Shown here: in pieces, positions 63,795-64,000 of the stretch
Position numbering within the stretch: position 1 is the stretch's first letter
How the letters are laid out: each line of letters begins with the position of its first letter
Assembly: GCA_963721765.1 (NCBI GenBank)
Contig: CAVRJP010000001.1
Span: 78,878 to 142,877 of the forward strand
DNA from: an uncultured Chloroflexia bacterium
GTDB lineage: Bacteria > Chloroflexota > Limnocylindria > Limnocylindrales > CSP1-4
DNA: 64,000 bases
Direction: 5' to 3'
Position numbers and translations under genes: made by a program
Notes under the pieces: model-generated
What the model was told of the DNA's origin: nothing
Seen by the model: only the letters and a program-made list of their open reading frames with translations
Database searches by the model: none

Positions 63795-64000
63795 ATGACG
63801 CTCCGAGCCCGACCCGTCGCGCGCCGTCGCGGCCGTGCCGGCTGGGATTCCGGCGACCGCCGGAACAGCCTCATCAACGCCGGCTTCTTCCTCGCCATCG
63901 GCATCTCGGTCCTCCTGCTCGTGGGCTACGCCGCCTGGAGCTGGTACGACGACCACTTCGGCGCCGCCGCCACGGTCAACGGCCAGGTCATCACCAAGGA
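63795..64000 (+). CDS. 5' part of a membrane-anchored protein resembling SurA-N/PpiD-type chaperone-PPIase N-termini (runs off window)
   Basis: ATG at 63795 gives MTLRARPVARRRGRAGWDSGDRRNSLINAGFFLAIGISVLLLVGYAAWSWYDDHFGAAATVNGQVITK. It is open to the window end and third-position G+C is high. Confidence 0.4.
   Translation, partial: MTLRARPVARRRGRAGWDSGDRRNSLINAGFFLAIGISVLLLVGYAAWSWYDDHFGAAATVNGQVITK

Noticed and set aside
1-64000. tRNA, rRNA, CRISPR arrays, transposases, integrases, prophage or defence-system genes
   Set aside because: I scanned the intergenic regions and the ORF translations. I found no T-loop-like GGTTCGAATCC motifs in non-coding DNA, no spaced repeat arrays, no DDE or tyrosine-recombinase motifs and no nuclease, helicase or toxin signatures.

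Overview
Very high G+C (about 70% by eye) bacterial chromosomal segment with monoderm-like gene content of Actinomycetota/Chloroflexota type. I saw no rRNA, tRNA, CRISPR array, transposase or integrase. The six-frame track is dominated by artefactual long ORFs typical of high G+C DNA. Real genes were chosen by recognisable motifs, third-codon-position G+C, Shine-Dalgarno sequences and start/stop overlaps.

Left part (1-25 kb):
- A cbiM-(PDGLE)-cbiQ-cbiO type Ni/Co ECF transporter with a divergent Fur-family regulator.
- A LuxR-type two-component system bracketed by lipoprotein genes.
- guaA.
- A run of zinc-ribbon, membrane and CPBP-protease genes of unknown role.
- radC-mreB-mreC.
- Two large secreted multidomain proteins. 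One has a gingipain/caspase-like His/Cys signature. The other is GH18-FN3-SH3-FlgD_Ig and its frame is broken.
- A polyprenol-phosphate-mannose-synthase-like GT2, a GT4 and a DUF3048 protein.

Right part (25-64 kb) is one continuous cell-envelope glycopolymer island:
- Operon 25.8-29.7 kb (minus strand): GT2, cyclase-fold protein, SpsF/NeuA-type cytidylyltransferase, D-2-hydroxyacid dehydrogenase, SDR.
- A 966-aa DUF115/Maf-like plus GT-B protein on the plus strand.
- A tightly coupled minus-strand gene string of about 18.5 kb (32.8-51.3 kb), possibly extending to 53.3 kb. It encodes a nonulosonic-acid pathway (NeuA-NeuB fusion, NeuC, NeuD-like, CBS-nucleotidyltransferase, LegB-like dehydratase), a Bcs1-like CDP-ribitol synthase, TagF-like phosphotransferases, several GT2 enzymes and an ABC-2 exporter.
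- Beyond it: GSCFA, another TagF-like enzyme, a pyruvyl transferase, two GT4 enzymes, wecB-wecC-like genes and a UDP-glucose dehydrogenase.

Main second-look items:
- The combination of ribitol-phosphate teichoic-acid machinery with a nonulosonic-acid pathway.
- The unusual fusions.
- A second CMP-activation operon.
- Five reading-frame breaks confined to envelope genes.

All family assignments are by eye from motifs and need HMM or BLAST confirmation.
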